Positions 13,630 through 27,510 of a DNA stretch of 64,000 nt are shown here, in pieces. Positions within the stretch are counted from its first letter, which is position 1. Every line of letters starts with the position of its first letter. This stretch comes from Octopus vulgaris (taxonomy: Eukaryota): the NCBI GenBank assembly GCA_951406725.2, contig OX597825.1:49848001-49912000 (forward strand), in the 5' to 3' direction. Position numbers and translations under genes: made by a program. The notes beneath the pieces are model-generated. The model was not told where the DNA came from. It ran no database searches and saw nothing but the letters and a program-made list of their open reading frames with translations.

Positions 13630-14630
13630 TAATTGAGTTCTTGACAGCTGTAGTAAAATGCATGTCTTCTTTTTTATACCCCTTAGAAGTCTCCAACAAG
13701 CCGAATTCTTGGAATACTCTTTTGACCAATACGCACGCACCTTAAGCGTCACGGTTTGCCGGGTGTACCGATATTACTGGCATAGATCCCACCTTTATCT
13801 TAACTAGTTAGCTTGCGGTTTACATGTAATGGTATTTTGAGTGCGCAATCTTAGTTGGTTTCGATCGTTTATATTTCAATCGGTGGGAGACTTCTGCAAA
13901 GTGCTTCTATTCATATTTTAAAGATATTTATTAATCTACATCATTAACTGATTGTTATATTATTGTTTTTATTTCCATTCAGAACAGGTTTGAACATTTT
14001 AATGAAGCGTTTTTCTTTTATCTTTCTTCCAAACTCACTTGTGTCATGTAGTTTGTGGAAAGGAAAAATTAAAGACATTTTCTGACCACATGTTACTATA
14101 TGTTCACTCAATGAAATTTGGCGAATATTAGTTTCCGGATTTGTTGTCTGTGACAAGTGAGGTTGGAAGAAAGATAAAAGAAAAACGGTTTATTAAAATG
14201 TTCAAGCTTGTTATGAACAGAATCTTTATCATATGAATATAAACAAATTACAGGAGACTTCTACTAAGTGAAATAAAAACGATCGAAACCAACTCAGTTT
14301 TCTCTCTCATAAAACCATTACATGTAAACCGCAAGCTAGTTGGTTAAAATAAAAACAAGGCCTATGCCAGTAATATCGGTACTGCCGGCAAACCGTGACA
14401 TCTAAGCTGCATGCGAATTGATTAAAACCGTATTTCAAAAGTTCAGTTTCTTGGAGCATTCTAAGAGGTATAAAAAGGAAGAAGTCCGTCATTTTACTAC
14501 AGTTATCAAGAACTCAACTGTCAGTTAAATAGATTTTGAAATCTGTTGATTACTATGAATGTAAAAAAGGTTTATCTTTTTAAAATACCATAATAAAAAA
14601 GTGAAAACCAGACCATAACTTTATTGAACT
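13630..14630. mobile_element. Penelope-like 3' end arranged as a long inverted repeat (left arm continues at ~11380-11502)
   Basis: Minus ORF IRQISLSEHIVTCG...IFPFHKL...RKIKEKRFIKMFKPVLN resembles a GIY-YIG C-terminus; 13630-14045 is the diverged reverse complement of 14150-14520. Confidence 0.75.
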
Positions 14631-14664
14631 TATATATTATTCTCTACACATTTACACAAATTTG

Positions 14665-14737
<73 letters not shown>

Positions 14738-14751
14738 CATATATACACATA

Positions 14752-15145
14752 GGCGCAGGTGTGGCTGTGTTGTAAGAAGCTTGCTTACCAACCACCAGAT
14801 TCCACGTTCAGTCCCACTGCGTGGCACCTTGAGCATGTGTCTTCTACTATAGCCACTTGCCGGCCAATCCCTTGTGAGTGGATTTGGTAGAAACTGAAAG
14901 AAGCACGTTGTATATATACGTAAGTGTGTGTGTATGTTTGTATGTGTGTGTTTGTCCCCCACCATCGCTTGACAACCGATGTTGATGTGTATACCTCCCC
15001 GTAACTTAGCGGTTCGGGAAAAGAGACCGACAGGATAAGTACTAGGCTTACAAAGAATAAGTTCTGGCGTCGATGTATTCGACCAAAGGCGGTGCTCCAA
15101 CGTGGCCGCAGTCAAATGACTGAAACTAATAGAAGAATAAAGGAA
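14752..15145 (+). mobile_element. SINE family B (tRNA head, CORE-like CACCTTGRGCA motif, internal TA/TG microsatellite)
   Basis: Multi-copy in window; A-box TGGCTGTGTTGT, B-like GTTCAGTCCC; A-rich tail. Confidence 0.93.
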
Positions 15146-15198
15146 TATATGTATGTGTTTATGTATGTATGTTTGTATGTATGTATGCACGCATGCAC

Positions 15199-15229
<31 letters not shown>

Positions 15230-17403
15230 TGTATGTATGTATGTATGTATGGCGAGGAGGTTTGCTAGAAATCCAGCAGCACTACAGACTAGACCTCTTA
15301 AGCAGACGGATGATCTTATTTTGTGTTTTGTGAATCTGATGCAACAGCCCAGAGACTCAGAAATTCTGGGTTGGTGTCCCGCGTGCTGGGAAACTATTGA
15401 TAATGAGGCACCTCTCAACTTTTGTTAAAGTATGTTTCAAAGAGTATGTCACTTATATGAAACCAAATATGCAGGGAATGTCATTGAAAGTTTTGATGAT
15501 CTTTTGCCTGTGCTGTGATTATGGTGCTCCCAAATTCCAGAGACTGCGACCTTTGTTGGCATTGGATATCTTGCCGTAGTTTGTCTCTCGATTATATCAG
15601 TAGAGTGAAGAGGGTCTAAGAGATCTAGTGCTAGCCTTATTGGACCTACTAGTTAAGGCTTGCAATCGCCGGCGAGGCGATTTTCAATCCCAGGATGACA
15701 AGGAGGATACCACGGCGACCATGGAAGCCGACCGTCTGTGCCATAAACTCATGCACGAGCATTGCTGGCATTTTGTATAATCAATGGCCAGTGATGGCCT
15801 TCCTTGGTCGCGAGTGTGCAGCCATCATGTAACGTATGTAGGTATATGTATCTAATATGCGCATGTGTATAACCGTAGGTGTATACGCGTGTGTTATAAT
15901 AGAGAAACACTGAGCTGAAACTGGAATAGTTATATAAAGAATTTAGCGTATTTCCTTCTTAGTCCTTCATGTATAATATGGAACCCTAGATTTCCTATAT
16001 CTATCATCGAGCATAATTTCGATACCTGCACATACCTATCAACAAAATAATAATTGGTAATATTTTGCTTTAACACCTTTATTTCTCTATACCATATGTA
16101 TTCTGTGTAAGTCGGACCTTTTTGTACGTAAACATATATACATTTGTTGTATTTCATGTATTTAAAATATACTTTATATATTGATCTGGCTTGAATATCC
16201 CTACATTTACTTCAACAAAATAAAGTGTAAGCAGATAATTGCGTGTTGTTAGCACTCTTTATAGTAAGTCGAAAATGCTCGTAGGAACAGTATTATACCT
16301 TCCCAAAAGCAATCAATGTGAAATCTCGAAACTATGAAGAACTAACGGATTTGTGAAAATTATTGTTCCAAACTTACCATTAGAGATCAGTAAGGAAATA
16401 CGAAATATTGAGTCACATCAAAATCGGCGTCGTTTTTCACTCTAAATCCGGTCTTATACTTCGTTAGGTTCTTCGTTTTTCTCACTTTCTCTCAAGTTTT
16501 GCAGCCTAGAAGAAATAAGACTTGCACAGACTTTTATACTAAAAGTGGTCAAAACGTGCTGTATGTCATGGCAGCGTTTCTACGACTCCGTTAAGTGTAG
16601 AGAGACCACCGCGGTTATTTATACTTATAAATAAGATTACGTAATGCATACACTCACATATACGCATATACAAACACAACCATATACACATACACATTCA
16701 CATGCGCACGCACTCACACGCCAATACAGTGGCACGCACTCACATACATATATTTATATAATTATATCTACTACAAACGTAGGACACTTGACGATGCAGA
16801 GAATCTATATCATTTTACTACATACTATATTTAACACCTTTAAATTTTCAACAATAAATTGACCTTTACAGAAACGTTTTAGATTAAATGATATATCTGA
16901 TGCCTGAAGGGTCTCTGTAGTACACTAATACAGGACGGCTTTCATTCTGTGAAGTTCTTTCCAACTGTTCTTTAGATTGATCAACTTTAATCTGAAATAT
17001 TCAATTATCTTCAGTCAGTTTGAATAAAATTATTCAATTATATGACCTCCAAACATCCGGTTTCATGTGAAATGTTAACTCGAATTTTGTAAAGTGTTTA
17101 GAAGCACTGTCCTATAACTATATTATAGAAACATACTCGAAATTCTAACAATGCAGAAAAATATGGAATTTACTATTTCATATAACATACAATTTTCGTC
17201 TACAACATATTCTTTTCTGTAATTCAGACCGTTGTACTTATGAATATCCAAAGGCCAATATTGATCATGCATTAATGCGCCAACTTCCACATAAATTATT
17301 TCGTTAAATGCCGATATTAATTAGAATCTAAATATTTCACTATTTTTTTCAACTGATGCCGTAGCACAATACTTTTAAACACTTCTGAATTTTCAAGTAT
17401 GCA

Positions 17404-17626
17404 TACGAGGTGTTGGCTGCGGAAAAGATCTTTGTTTTGGGTAAAAGAAAATACAGGAGGATTAATTAATTCTGATTTTACTAAAATATTCCCCTCTGAG
17501 ACTCACACACTGATTGCAGCGGACCTTCAGTGCTTATAAGCCCTGTAAAAGACCTGGGAAATTTGGGCTTCCAGCCAGGCCTTTCATGATAACATTAAAG
17601 CCAGGAACTTCTCAGCCCCTCCTTGT
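17404..17626. mobile_element. Mariner-type MITE
   Basis: TA-CGAGG...GAAAAG / GGAACTTCTCAGCCCCTCCTTG-TA degenerate termini, ~220 bp. Confidence 0.65.
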
Positions 17627-17759
17627 ATATTCATACATATGCGCGCGCGCGTGTGTGTGTGTGTATGTGTGTGTGTATGTGTGTGTGTATGTGTGTGTGT
17701 GTGTGCATGTGTGTGTGTGTATGTGTGTGTGTGTGTGTGTGTGTCTGTGTCTGTGTGCG

Positions 17760-17807
<48 letters not shown>

Positions 17808-17815
17808 CGTGTGTA

Positions 17816-18013
17816 AAATTAATATAAACAGCAGTTTGCAATGTTTCACAAAAAAGGAGAATTTAAATCCTCACTAAATGTGACTACGGTGTCAGGACCG
17901 CTTTATCTCTTATTTCCAGTAATAGATGTGTTTCCTAACACCCCCGTCGTCTTTAGTGATAATTATAATTCTCCTTTTGGTGAAACATTGCAAACTGCTT
18001 TTTATATTAATTT
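17816..18013. repeat. ~95-bp-arm imperfect inverted repeat
   Basis: AAATTAATATAAACAGCAGTTTGCAATGTTTCAC... mirrored by ...GTGAAACATTGCAAACTGCTTTTTATATTAATTT. Confidence 0.9.
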
Positions 18014-18340
18014 ATATATACATATTAACGAATCGCCAAATCATCCAATAATTCAGATGACGAAAATATAAGTACTAATAGTGAAGCCGGTCCGAAAAGA
18101 GCCTAACAATCGAGCGTGCTTACATGATGAGGCAATAGAAATTGCCAATTCTGACGTCAGTTTTATTAATTCACGATTAATTATGGTCCCTGTTAGTGTA
18201 TGCCTTTTCATTCCTGTGTGTTAACTATAGCATTAGAGTGTTTTAGCTTTTAATTTTAGCAATGGAGTTGCTTCCTAACACCCTAGTCACATTATATGCA
18301 TGTATGTATGTATGTATGTATGTATGTATCTATGTATGTA

Positions 18341-18470
<130 letters not shown>

Positions 18471-18959
18471 GGATAGATATATATATACAGGCTGCCTTGA
18501 CCATTTGCAGCTCGGTCATCAGTGTCCATTTTGAACTTTCTCCATTTTAGGAGCCCACAAAGCTTTCTTACATGCGTCTGAAACAAACTGTTATTCAATA
18601 ATATAAGTAAGTCCTAGCAAATATATTGAGTGCCACTTTCTTTCATTTCCTTATATAGTCGTACCTGAGCTCGGTCTGCAGAGATCCAGTTACAGACTTT
18701 TGATATAAGACACCTTTATATTAGAATCCTCCAGAACGCCAGACATTCAATCTTGGTTCATGATGACCTTTACTGGTTAAAGTCGATCCAGGGTTCTCGC
18801 ATCTATGAGGAACTATGACATGGCTGATATCGCTGATCACATCGAGCAGCTTAACTTGCATACTCTTAGGAAGTACGCACACATATATTTGGACGATTCT
18901 GGATAGGAATGAAGTCCTGGTAATCTCAAGCCGCATCGGCGGTCAAGTTTCAATTTCAA

Positions 18960-19720
18960 AAAGGATCTAGTAAATGTCATCAAAGTGTTAAGCCTACCCA
19001 TAACAGTTATTACCAACATGACAACGGACGACTTTCTAGATAGAACCTTAGACCTCTAAAACGGGTAAGTACTGCCTTTACACGAAGCCCATCGAGGAAA
19101 CTGTATAAACACCGAAGCTCTAGCTGTACGTATAAGATAATCTATGTATAAGCAGAAAGACCTCTAAACCTTCAGCAGATCGAAAAAACTTCAAAACGGC
19201 TACTCCCACCCCATTATAACGTGTTATTAATCAATTTTCACCGAGAATTTAACATATATGGACTGCCCACCCACGCTCACCCCCAAATATAATAAGAACT
19301 AGAAAGAGTAAGATAATCTGGTTCAACCACTGATTTAAACTAAGAGTTTAAAGCAGTATAGTTAGAAGCTTACTATCGTTGATCAAAAGCATTTTCTTAA
19401 AGGCTATAAGTACTATGAGCTTTGCGATTCACACAACGTGAAGATAAGATACAATTGCTCAAACAACAATGCTTTCAACATCGCACGCTACAATAGACCC
19501 AACCACTCACCTACACGGCCTTCAGCCCTAACCTGCGACTTCCGAAACCATAACAACTGCTCGCTGCGAGTACTTGCCTCTCAAAGGCTGTGATCTAGTG
19601 AGCTACTCCCATATCATCCGTCGACATCACAAGACATTACACAGGAATGGTGATAAAAGAGTGAAAGGGTAGGTATACTGATACATCCAGTCCTTCCAGC
19701 ATTAAACCTTTTCTGCAATC
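18960..19720 (+). pseudogene. Penelope-like element RT-thumb/linker relic
   Basis: Broken frames give ITV.TN...DFLD.TLDL, TRKSKIIWFN, VKIRYNC and a Cys-rich linker. Confidence 0.65.
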
Positions 19721-20529
19721 TTCCAATATTGCCTTATGCATATATATATATATATATATGGGGGGATTAGGTGTGGGTGTGTGGGTGCGTGTGTATATGT
19801 GTGCATGTGTGGGTGTGCGTCTGTGTGTATATACATAAATGTAAACGTGTATAGTGCTTTTCTTTCTTCTATTATCACCAATTTAAGATTAATACAACAA
19901 CGAATCTGATTAATCCCTCAATAACGCTGTTTCCACCATCTGGCAACATACACAACACACCAGCACATCAGTATATGCCCATATTCACATATCAGTCCCA
20001 CATACCAGACCTTCACTCGCACAGCTAAATACCAGAGGTATGCTTATATTCACATATCAGCTGTAGACATATACTCAACCGTTCATGCAGATACATGGGT
20101 ACATACACAAATGCAGCGATAGGCATATATACACACTTACTAGATGTATTTGTACATACACACACGGATACAGACGCGCACATACTTATACACACAAATT
20201 ACTAATGCACACGTATACATAAACATACGTTCGTGCGCACACACACACATGGAAGCAATTACAGACACGTACGCACCGACAGGCATGCAGCTGATACACA
20301 GGTCAGTATACGCCAAGAAACCGATGCCATCAGATTACATACGCTCATGCACAGCAGACAAATCAACATTAAACGCACTAGACATTTGCGCTCACACACT
20401 AATATATCACATATATCCACACACTCACACACACACACTTGCAAGCACGTGCCAACAACTGGTGCCACAAAAAATTCGTTCCCTAGACAACGAGGCGACA
20501 ACAACATCCTGTCCAAACACGTAGTCCTC

Positions 20530-20860
20530 GAAATCCCGCGTAGAATTTGAAGAAGTCATGGATAATATGATTGAGCTGCTAGTGTCCCAGAAAAGGAGTT
20601 TAACTAACGAAAAGTTGATGCTGGAAAAGGAACAAGTTGAGAATACAGATGACACACGATAATTTCCACCTATAGTTTTAAATTGTCTACAAAACATTAT
20701 TGCTTGTCTACAGATATTTGGTGACAATGATCCTAATCGCGAACATAACATAAAAATTACAAGAGTTTACAATGGTCTCAGCTCTTCTATACTGAGCTGT
20801 ACTAAGAGATGATAATCATAAATAACAAATAGCTTTGTATAACTTCTTAACTTCTCAAGC
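20530..20860 (+). pseudogene. Tigger/pogo transposase C-terminal relic
   Basis: FEEV..NMIELLVSQKRSLTNEKLM...F.DNDPNRE pattern. Confidence 0.45.
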
Positions 20861-21086
20861 TGATATTCGTGATCATCCTCCGAGTAACCACCTCTCAGAC
20901 AGTAGTGAACACCTTAGGTGGTAAGAACGCTTGTGCATAAACATATATATAAATTAGAGAAGAACCACCATATAGCAATTCAACAGTGATATAATTAAAT
21001 TATATTTGATTTAGTATTACTATATTGAATTTTTCCCTGTAAGTTTGGAATCATATTCTCTATTATTATTATTATTATTATTATTA

Positions 21087-21132
<46 letters not shown>

Positions 21133-21133
<1 letters not shown>

Positions 21134-21530
21134 GGAGTCGCTGTGTGGTAAGTAGCTTGCTAACCAACCACATGGTTCCGGGTTTAGTCCCACTGCGTGG
21201 CATCTTGGGCAAATGTCTTCTACTATAGCCTCGGGCCGACCAAAGCCTTGTGAGTGGATTTGGCAGGCGGAAACTGAAAGAAGCCTGTCGTATGTATATA
21301 TATATGTATGTGTGTGTGTTTGTGTGTCTGTGTTTGTCCCCCTAGCATTGCTTGACAACCGATGCTGGTGTGTTTACGTCCCCGTGACTTAGCGGTTCGG
21401 CAAAAAGAGACCGATAGAATAAGTACTGGGCTTACAAAGAATAAGTCCCGGGGTCGATTTGCTCGACTAAAGGCGGTGCTCCAGCATGGCCGCAGTCAAA
21501 TGACTGAAACAAGTAAAAGTAAAAGTAAAG
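21133..21530 (+). mobile_element. SINE family B, well preserved
   Basis: Homology to 14752-15145; follows (TTA)n. Confidence 0.95.
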
Positions 21531-22382
21531 TATATACATACACAAACATATTAGAAGTGAATACTTACATATTAACCGATATGCATTTAAAATACTTAAA
21601 TTCGCTCTTCTTTATGACTTGTGTTGAAACAGTTTAATTTGGAAGGATGACTGTGCCAGTAATAAACGCAGGAACTGTTTTTATTACACTTGTTCATTTT
21701 TGTTACGCAAGTGACTCACCATTTAATCCTTTAACTTGTCGATTTTTCGATTAATCTTTCGGTCAATCAATCAATCAAACAAACCTGACTCATTATTTGA
21801 CAAACAATTGATTAGCTAATTCGTTAAATGCTTAACCAGTTGACTAGTAAAAACAAATAATGCAATGAAATTAGTGCATGTGCTTGCTACTGGTATACTC
21901 ATCTAAGATGTAGCAACATTTTGAAATAATAGAAAAAATATACTTACAGCAGCTAATCTTCGTTTCCTGAATACGTTTACTTTTTCGAAATGAATTAATT
22001 CTTAATATATAGCTTTGCGTGGATTTTAAATCTGTTGGCTTGATAACTAAATAGGTACAGAAAGAGACAGACAGGTAGCTAGATAGATTGCTAAATAAAT
22101 ACGTAGATACATAGATAGTGTGAGAGAGAGAGAAATACATACATACATACATGCATACATATATACATATTCATACATACATAGATCTGTACATATATAT
22201 ATATAGAAAGAAACATAGATAGACAGACAGACAGACATAGTTAGAAATACATTCATACATACATACACACTTACAATCATACATAAATCTATACATATGT
22301 AAAGAAAGAAAGAAAGAAAGAACGAAAGAAATAACGAAAGACAGAACGAAAGATTGACTGATAGACAGATAGACAGACAGAC

Positions 22383-22444
<62 letters not shown>

Positions 22445-22612
22445 ATACCTACATGTGAATGGTAGAATTTTGAGTATGTTGGAAATTGGCAGAGTAAGAC
22501 ATATAATGTTAAAACCCTTTAAGCATGAGAACAGCAGTCAAAATCGTGGCTCCACCCACAATGAAGATGCGTGTGTTTGTGTGTATTTGTATGTGTGTAT
22601 GTGTAGATGTGC

Positions 22613-22671
<59 letters not shown>

Positions 22672-23150
22672 TGTGTGCGTGTGTATGTATGCGCGAGCGT
22701 GTTTGTAAAAGTGTGTGCGCACGCGTCTGTGACTGTGTGCGCTCGCGCTTAGGCACAAATGGCTGTATCGTTAACCATTCGGTTTTGCAATCATGTAGTC
22801 AACTGTTGAATGGCACTTCACAGCCTCTTGTGCAATTGTCACATTCTTTACTCCGGAATTGACTCGTGGGGTTTGTTGCAAGAAATTCAGTTAATACAAC
22901 TGAGACCCTCATTGTGGAAACCGAGAGATCCACGATATACATATTGTTACGAACGGAAAAATAGTGACGAACATAAAAAAACATTATGCCCCTTGTTCCA
23001 TTTGTTGGAATCGAACCGGTGCTCCAGTTGTTTAGGACAGTGGTATTTCCTTTGTCCTGTCAAGGACCACGATTATTAATGACCGTAGGCACTTGAACTC
23101 TGGCCCCTTACGGTCACAGAAAGTTTAAAGAAGAAAAGGGAAATACACAC

Positions 23151-24083
23151 TGTTGTCGTACGATATGTCTTTCTTTCTGGCTGACGGTGTTATATATACG
23201 GGTAGCGTTAAGTTGCCAAGTCAGTCAGCGGAGGACCGGACATGACGGTCAGTGTGAGCGGAGACCGGACAAGTGAGTGGACGTGGTCTTGAGAGACAGA
23301 TGGTCAGTTGGAAATGACGGGGATAAGGAGGCAGACTGAACAACTGGACGGCCAGGCAAGTTGTTGTAGTAGGAGATGGGAAGTTAAGAGAAAAATGTTC
23401 TGTTAAATGTTGTTTTTCTCTGTGTTTTGAATTTTGATGTTTAAATGTAAAAAAAAAAAGAGAAACGATATTGTTGTCAAATGTTAAATCTTGAAAAAAA
23501 AGGACTCTGACATAAACTTTTAAAAAGAAAAGGAAAAAAAAAGAGAACTTGTAAATGTTTAATAAAAAAGAAAGAGAAAAAAGAGCGTGTTGTTGACTGT
23601 TTTTAAAAGAAAATAAAGCAGAGGAAATAGGAGCTTTGAGAACAAACTCTCTGTGTTAGAAGAAAAAAGAAATTGTGTTCTAAACCTTGATGTGTTAAAT
23701 GTGTTAGAAGAAGAGAGAGAAAAGAAAAGAAAGAAGAGAAAAGTGGAACTTTTGAGAACTGTTAATTGTGTTAAAAAAAAGGGGGAAAGTACTCTGTATT
23801 GTGTTAAATGTAAATGATTTGTTTTTCGAACTCTGTATTATGTTTGCTAACCTTTGTTGTTGAATGCTTTTGTGAAAAAAAAAAATGTTTTGAATTACAC
23901 AAGTCCGCTGTGTGTGTCTCTTACTTTTGTTGTTGTTGTTGGTTCCTGGCTGCGTTCGCTGCCTCCCCCCCTCCCGTGGTGGATTTCTAGTCTTACTGAG
24001 CCGTCGCCGTCGCAAGCGGGCTGTTCCCCGCGTGAGGGCCTGTGGTGGCATCGGAAGGCCTTGGGTTTGCGCGCGGCGTAACA
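23151..24083 (+). mobile_element. Probable solo LTR
   Basis: TGTT...AACA termini, TATA (~23191) then TCAGTC (23221), AATAAA signals, GC-rich 3' end; no clean TSD. Confidence 0.65.
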
Positions 24084-24122
24084 ATATACATACATATTCG
24101 TATGTATGTGTCTGTATATATA

Positions 24123-24424
24123 TATCACCGTGATCACCGTAACCGACCAGGCTATCAGATGTTGCTACACATCGCTGGTCACAATGCGCTTCGCATTGTT
24201 TTAGCCTTCAAATGATGCCACCCCGCTGGCTAAGCGAGCAGGCCAACAGAAGATAAAGTGAGAGAAAGTACAGCAGGGATCGCCACCACCCCCTGCCCGA
24301 GCCTCGTGGAGCTTTTAGGTGTTTTCGCTCAATAAACACTAACAACGCTTGGTCTGGGAATCGACACCACGATCCTAATAACGCGAGTCCGCTGCCCTAA
24401 CCACTGGGCCATTGTGCCTCCACG
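24123..24424 (-). mobile_element. tRNA-derived SINE family C
   Basis: Minus 5' GTGGAGGCACAATGGCCCAGTGGTTAGGGCAGCGGACTCGCG...GGTGTCGATTCCC (A and B boxes); sits in (TA)n. Confidence 0.85.
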
Positions 24425-24445
24425 TATGTATATATATATATATAT

Positions 24446-24511
<66 letters not shown>

Positions 24512-24537
24512 TTTTTTCACCTCTCTCTCTATCTCTA

Positions 24538-24574
<37 letters not shown>

Positions 24575-25188
24575 GTGGTACCCCAGCATGCCGTAGTAAA
24601 AAGACTGAAACAAGTAAAAGAATAAAGGAATAAAATAATGTTTTCATAAATATATTTATAGATATGTATATGCGTGTGTGTCTATGTGTGCGCCTATTTA
24701 TGCATAAATATTTTGTTTGTATACGTGTATTTGTGTGTTCTAAATGCAATTTAAATGTGTGTTTATTGCCTAGTGTTGACGTTGGTTTCGAGACGTTTCT
24801 GAGAAAATTGAGATTGACAGTAAAAGCAACAAACTCAGCAATGATGTTCAACAAGTGTCGAACGTGTCGAGATAACAGACGAAAGTATCAACAAAGACAT
24901 ACTTCAGAGATAAAAGTGTATTTTATATCATCTGAAGAGATGCTTAATGACTCAGCAACACACACACATACACACACGCTGTCTCTCTGTCTCTCTGCAT
25001 CTATCTCACTCAACCACTCTTTCTCTCCCTCTCTCTCACTCTTTCTCTAAGAAAATTGATAGTTCCCGTATTATTAATATTATCAACATGAAAGCAGCTA
25101 TTATTTTTTGTGAGCAGAATAACTGAATATATCCTGTTTCTGTACAAAAGAAAAAGCAACAACTATAACATCACTACTGCTGCTGCTC

Positions 25189-25257
<69 letters not shown>

Positions 25258-25619
25258 TTACTACTACTACTACTATCGTAAACGAACAGAACTGAACATT
25301 GATTATTTTAGTTTATAGGCAGATAAAGAAATATTTCTAGAATATCTTTATTCAGAATAAGAATAAATCTTGATTGTTTTTATTTTTTCTTTCATCTGTC
25401 AACTGTTCATAATTTCTAATTATTTTGTGTTTGAGTTTTTTTTTTTTATCTGAAAGTATTCTAGTCTTGGATTATGATGTACATCGCTGTCTTCAGTCGT
25501 TATTAATTTAGGGAAAAGTGAATAGAGAGCGGAGTGACGAGTGGCTAATGTATTGGAAAGAATAAGTACGCCACTTCTTGATACTTTCTAGTTCTAATCA
25601 TATCGAAGTCAAGGTTATA

Positions 25620-26050
25620 GGCGCAGGCGTGGTTGTGTGGTAAGAAGCTTGATTCTCAACTACATGGTTCCGGGTTCAGTTCCACCGTGTGGCAGCTTGG
25701 GAAGTGTCTTTTACTATAGCCTCGGGCCAACCAAAGACTTGTGAATGGATTTGGTAGATGAAAAGTGAGAGTAGTATGCAGAAAATATATACACACACAT
25801 ACACAACTCACACACACAAATATATATATATATATTAGTTTGAATATATGTGTGACTGTCTCCCACCACTGCTTGACAACTGGTGTTGGTGTGTTCACGT
25901 TCCAATAAGTTAGCTGTTCTGCAAAAGAGGTCGATAGAATAAGTACCAGGCTTAAAGCAAATAAGTCCTGGAGACGATTCATTTGACTAAATATTCTTGA
26001 AGGTCGTGCCCCGGCATGGCCCCAGTCTAATGGTTGAAACAAGTAACATA
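25620..26050 (+). mobile_element. SINE family B
   Basis: Homology to 21133-21530. Confidence 0.92.
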
Positions 26051-26789
26051 AAATATATATTCATAAAGTATGTATCAGGGCAATTAAGAAAGGGGTGATA
26101 TAATGGAACTTATTCTTCATCAACTCTTCCTCAGTGTAATCGTTAGTTTTCTAGTGGGGCGCCTATAAAAAGACTGTAACGCTGCAAGTAACAACTGCTA
26201 CATTACTCTTAAATCACCAAAACTACTACTAATAATTACAATTTGTGCACCTACTATTACTAAAGTTACTACAAGTAGTATTAGTAGTATTAGTAGTATT
26301 AGTAGCAGCAGCAGCAGAGGAGGAAGAGGAGGCAGAAGAAGGACAAAAAGATGATTATTCGAGAAGAATAGATTATGGTCTTATGCTTGTGACGTGATGC
26401 GCCTCACGATATTTGTTTCTTAAGGGAACAGCTATAAACTTAGGAGTAAAGAAACTAAAATAGACAGTTATAAGAGAAATTTATTTATCTTCATACTAAG
26501 TTTACAAGAAGCTACATAAACAGGAATCTTAATGTAAATAATTTGTCTTAAAGTAAGTTTGTTCTAACTTAAAAAAAACATGATGTGTGATTGTTTATCT
26601 TAATGTTTTTGGAAATGTTTAGGCAGTGTCCTCCAATAGAATACTGTAAATTGTGCAAGAATAAAAATACACACAAACATTTCAATGTATCAGGCGCCAG
26701 TAAGTACGATTAAGACGTCATTGAAAATTACACGAGCACATATATACATACATGCACGTTACACACGCACTCACACACACTCACACAAA

Positions 26790-27510
26790 TATCTACTAGA
26801 AAAGTGGAAACTTAGATGACTGCCTAATCTTATAGACGCACACATTTGAACAACTTATAGATTTCAAAAATCTACTCAACAGCATAAACAATATGGAACA
26901 CAGTAAATCTCCACTACCATTCTTGGATATACTAATCATCAAAAGATATAGAACTTTGAGACAGAAATTCACTACAAACAAAGAGATTCTAAACAATACT
27001 TACTGTTCTCCTCATGCCATCCCAAACACATGAAGAATAATATCCCCTTTAATCTAGCAAGACGAATCTGCCCAATTATCTTAAACCCTAAAACTCGCAA
27101 TAAATGACTCCAGGAACTAAAAGAAGTATTACTTAAAAGACAATATCCATTAACATCAATAAACATAGGAATAGAAAGTGCCAAAGCTATAGATGACGAG
27201 GAACTACGGAAAAGAAAAAAAACTCTCCAGATGCATCCAATACTCTACCATTTATTACAGTACATATATCAAGAAAGGTAGAGGTTTACAATATTATCCG
27301 CCAGAACATTCCATTCCTAAAACAGGACCCAAGAATGAAACAAGCATTCGAAATTCACAAAGTAATCAAAAGTAAAAAACAAAATCCCTAAAAAAATTCC
27401 TCACAAGTGCTAAATTAGTTCTACAATATTACACCAACAGTTAAAAAGTGTGGCTTCCCCACTTGCGGGACCTGCATCAACCTTATTTAAGGCACAACAT
27501 ATAAATTCAC
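26790..27510 (+). pseudogene. Penelope-like RT C-terminus and Cys linker relic
   Basis: LPFLDILI, HYKQRDSKQYLLFSSCHPKH, NIPFNLARRIC, LQEL...RQYP, KKCGFPTCGTC. Confidence 0.85.

Noticed and set aside
15250-15830. GC-richer block, possibly a retroelement relic
   Set aside because: Too degenerate to assign motifs confidently.
24340-24424. tRNA-like sequence
   Set aside because: SINE head continuing into a SINE body; no intact cloverleaf or terminator.
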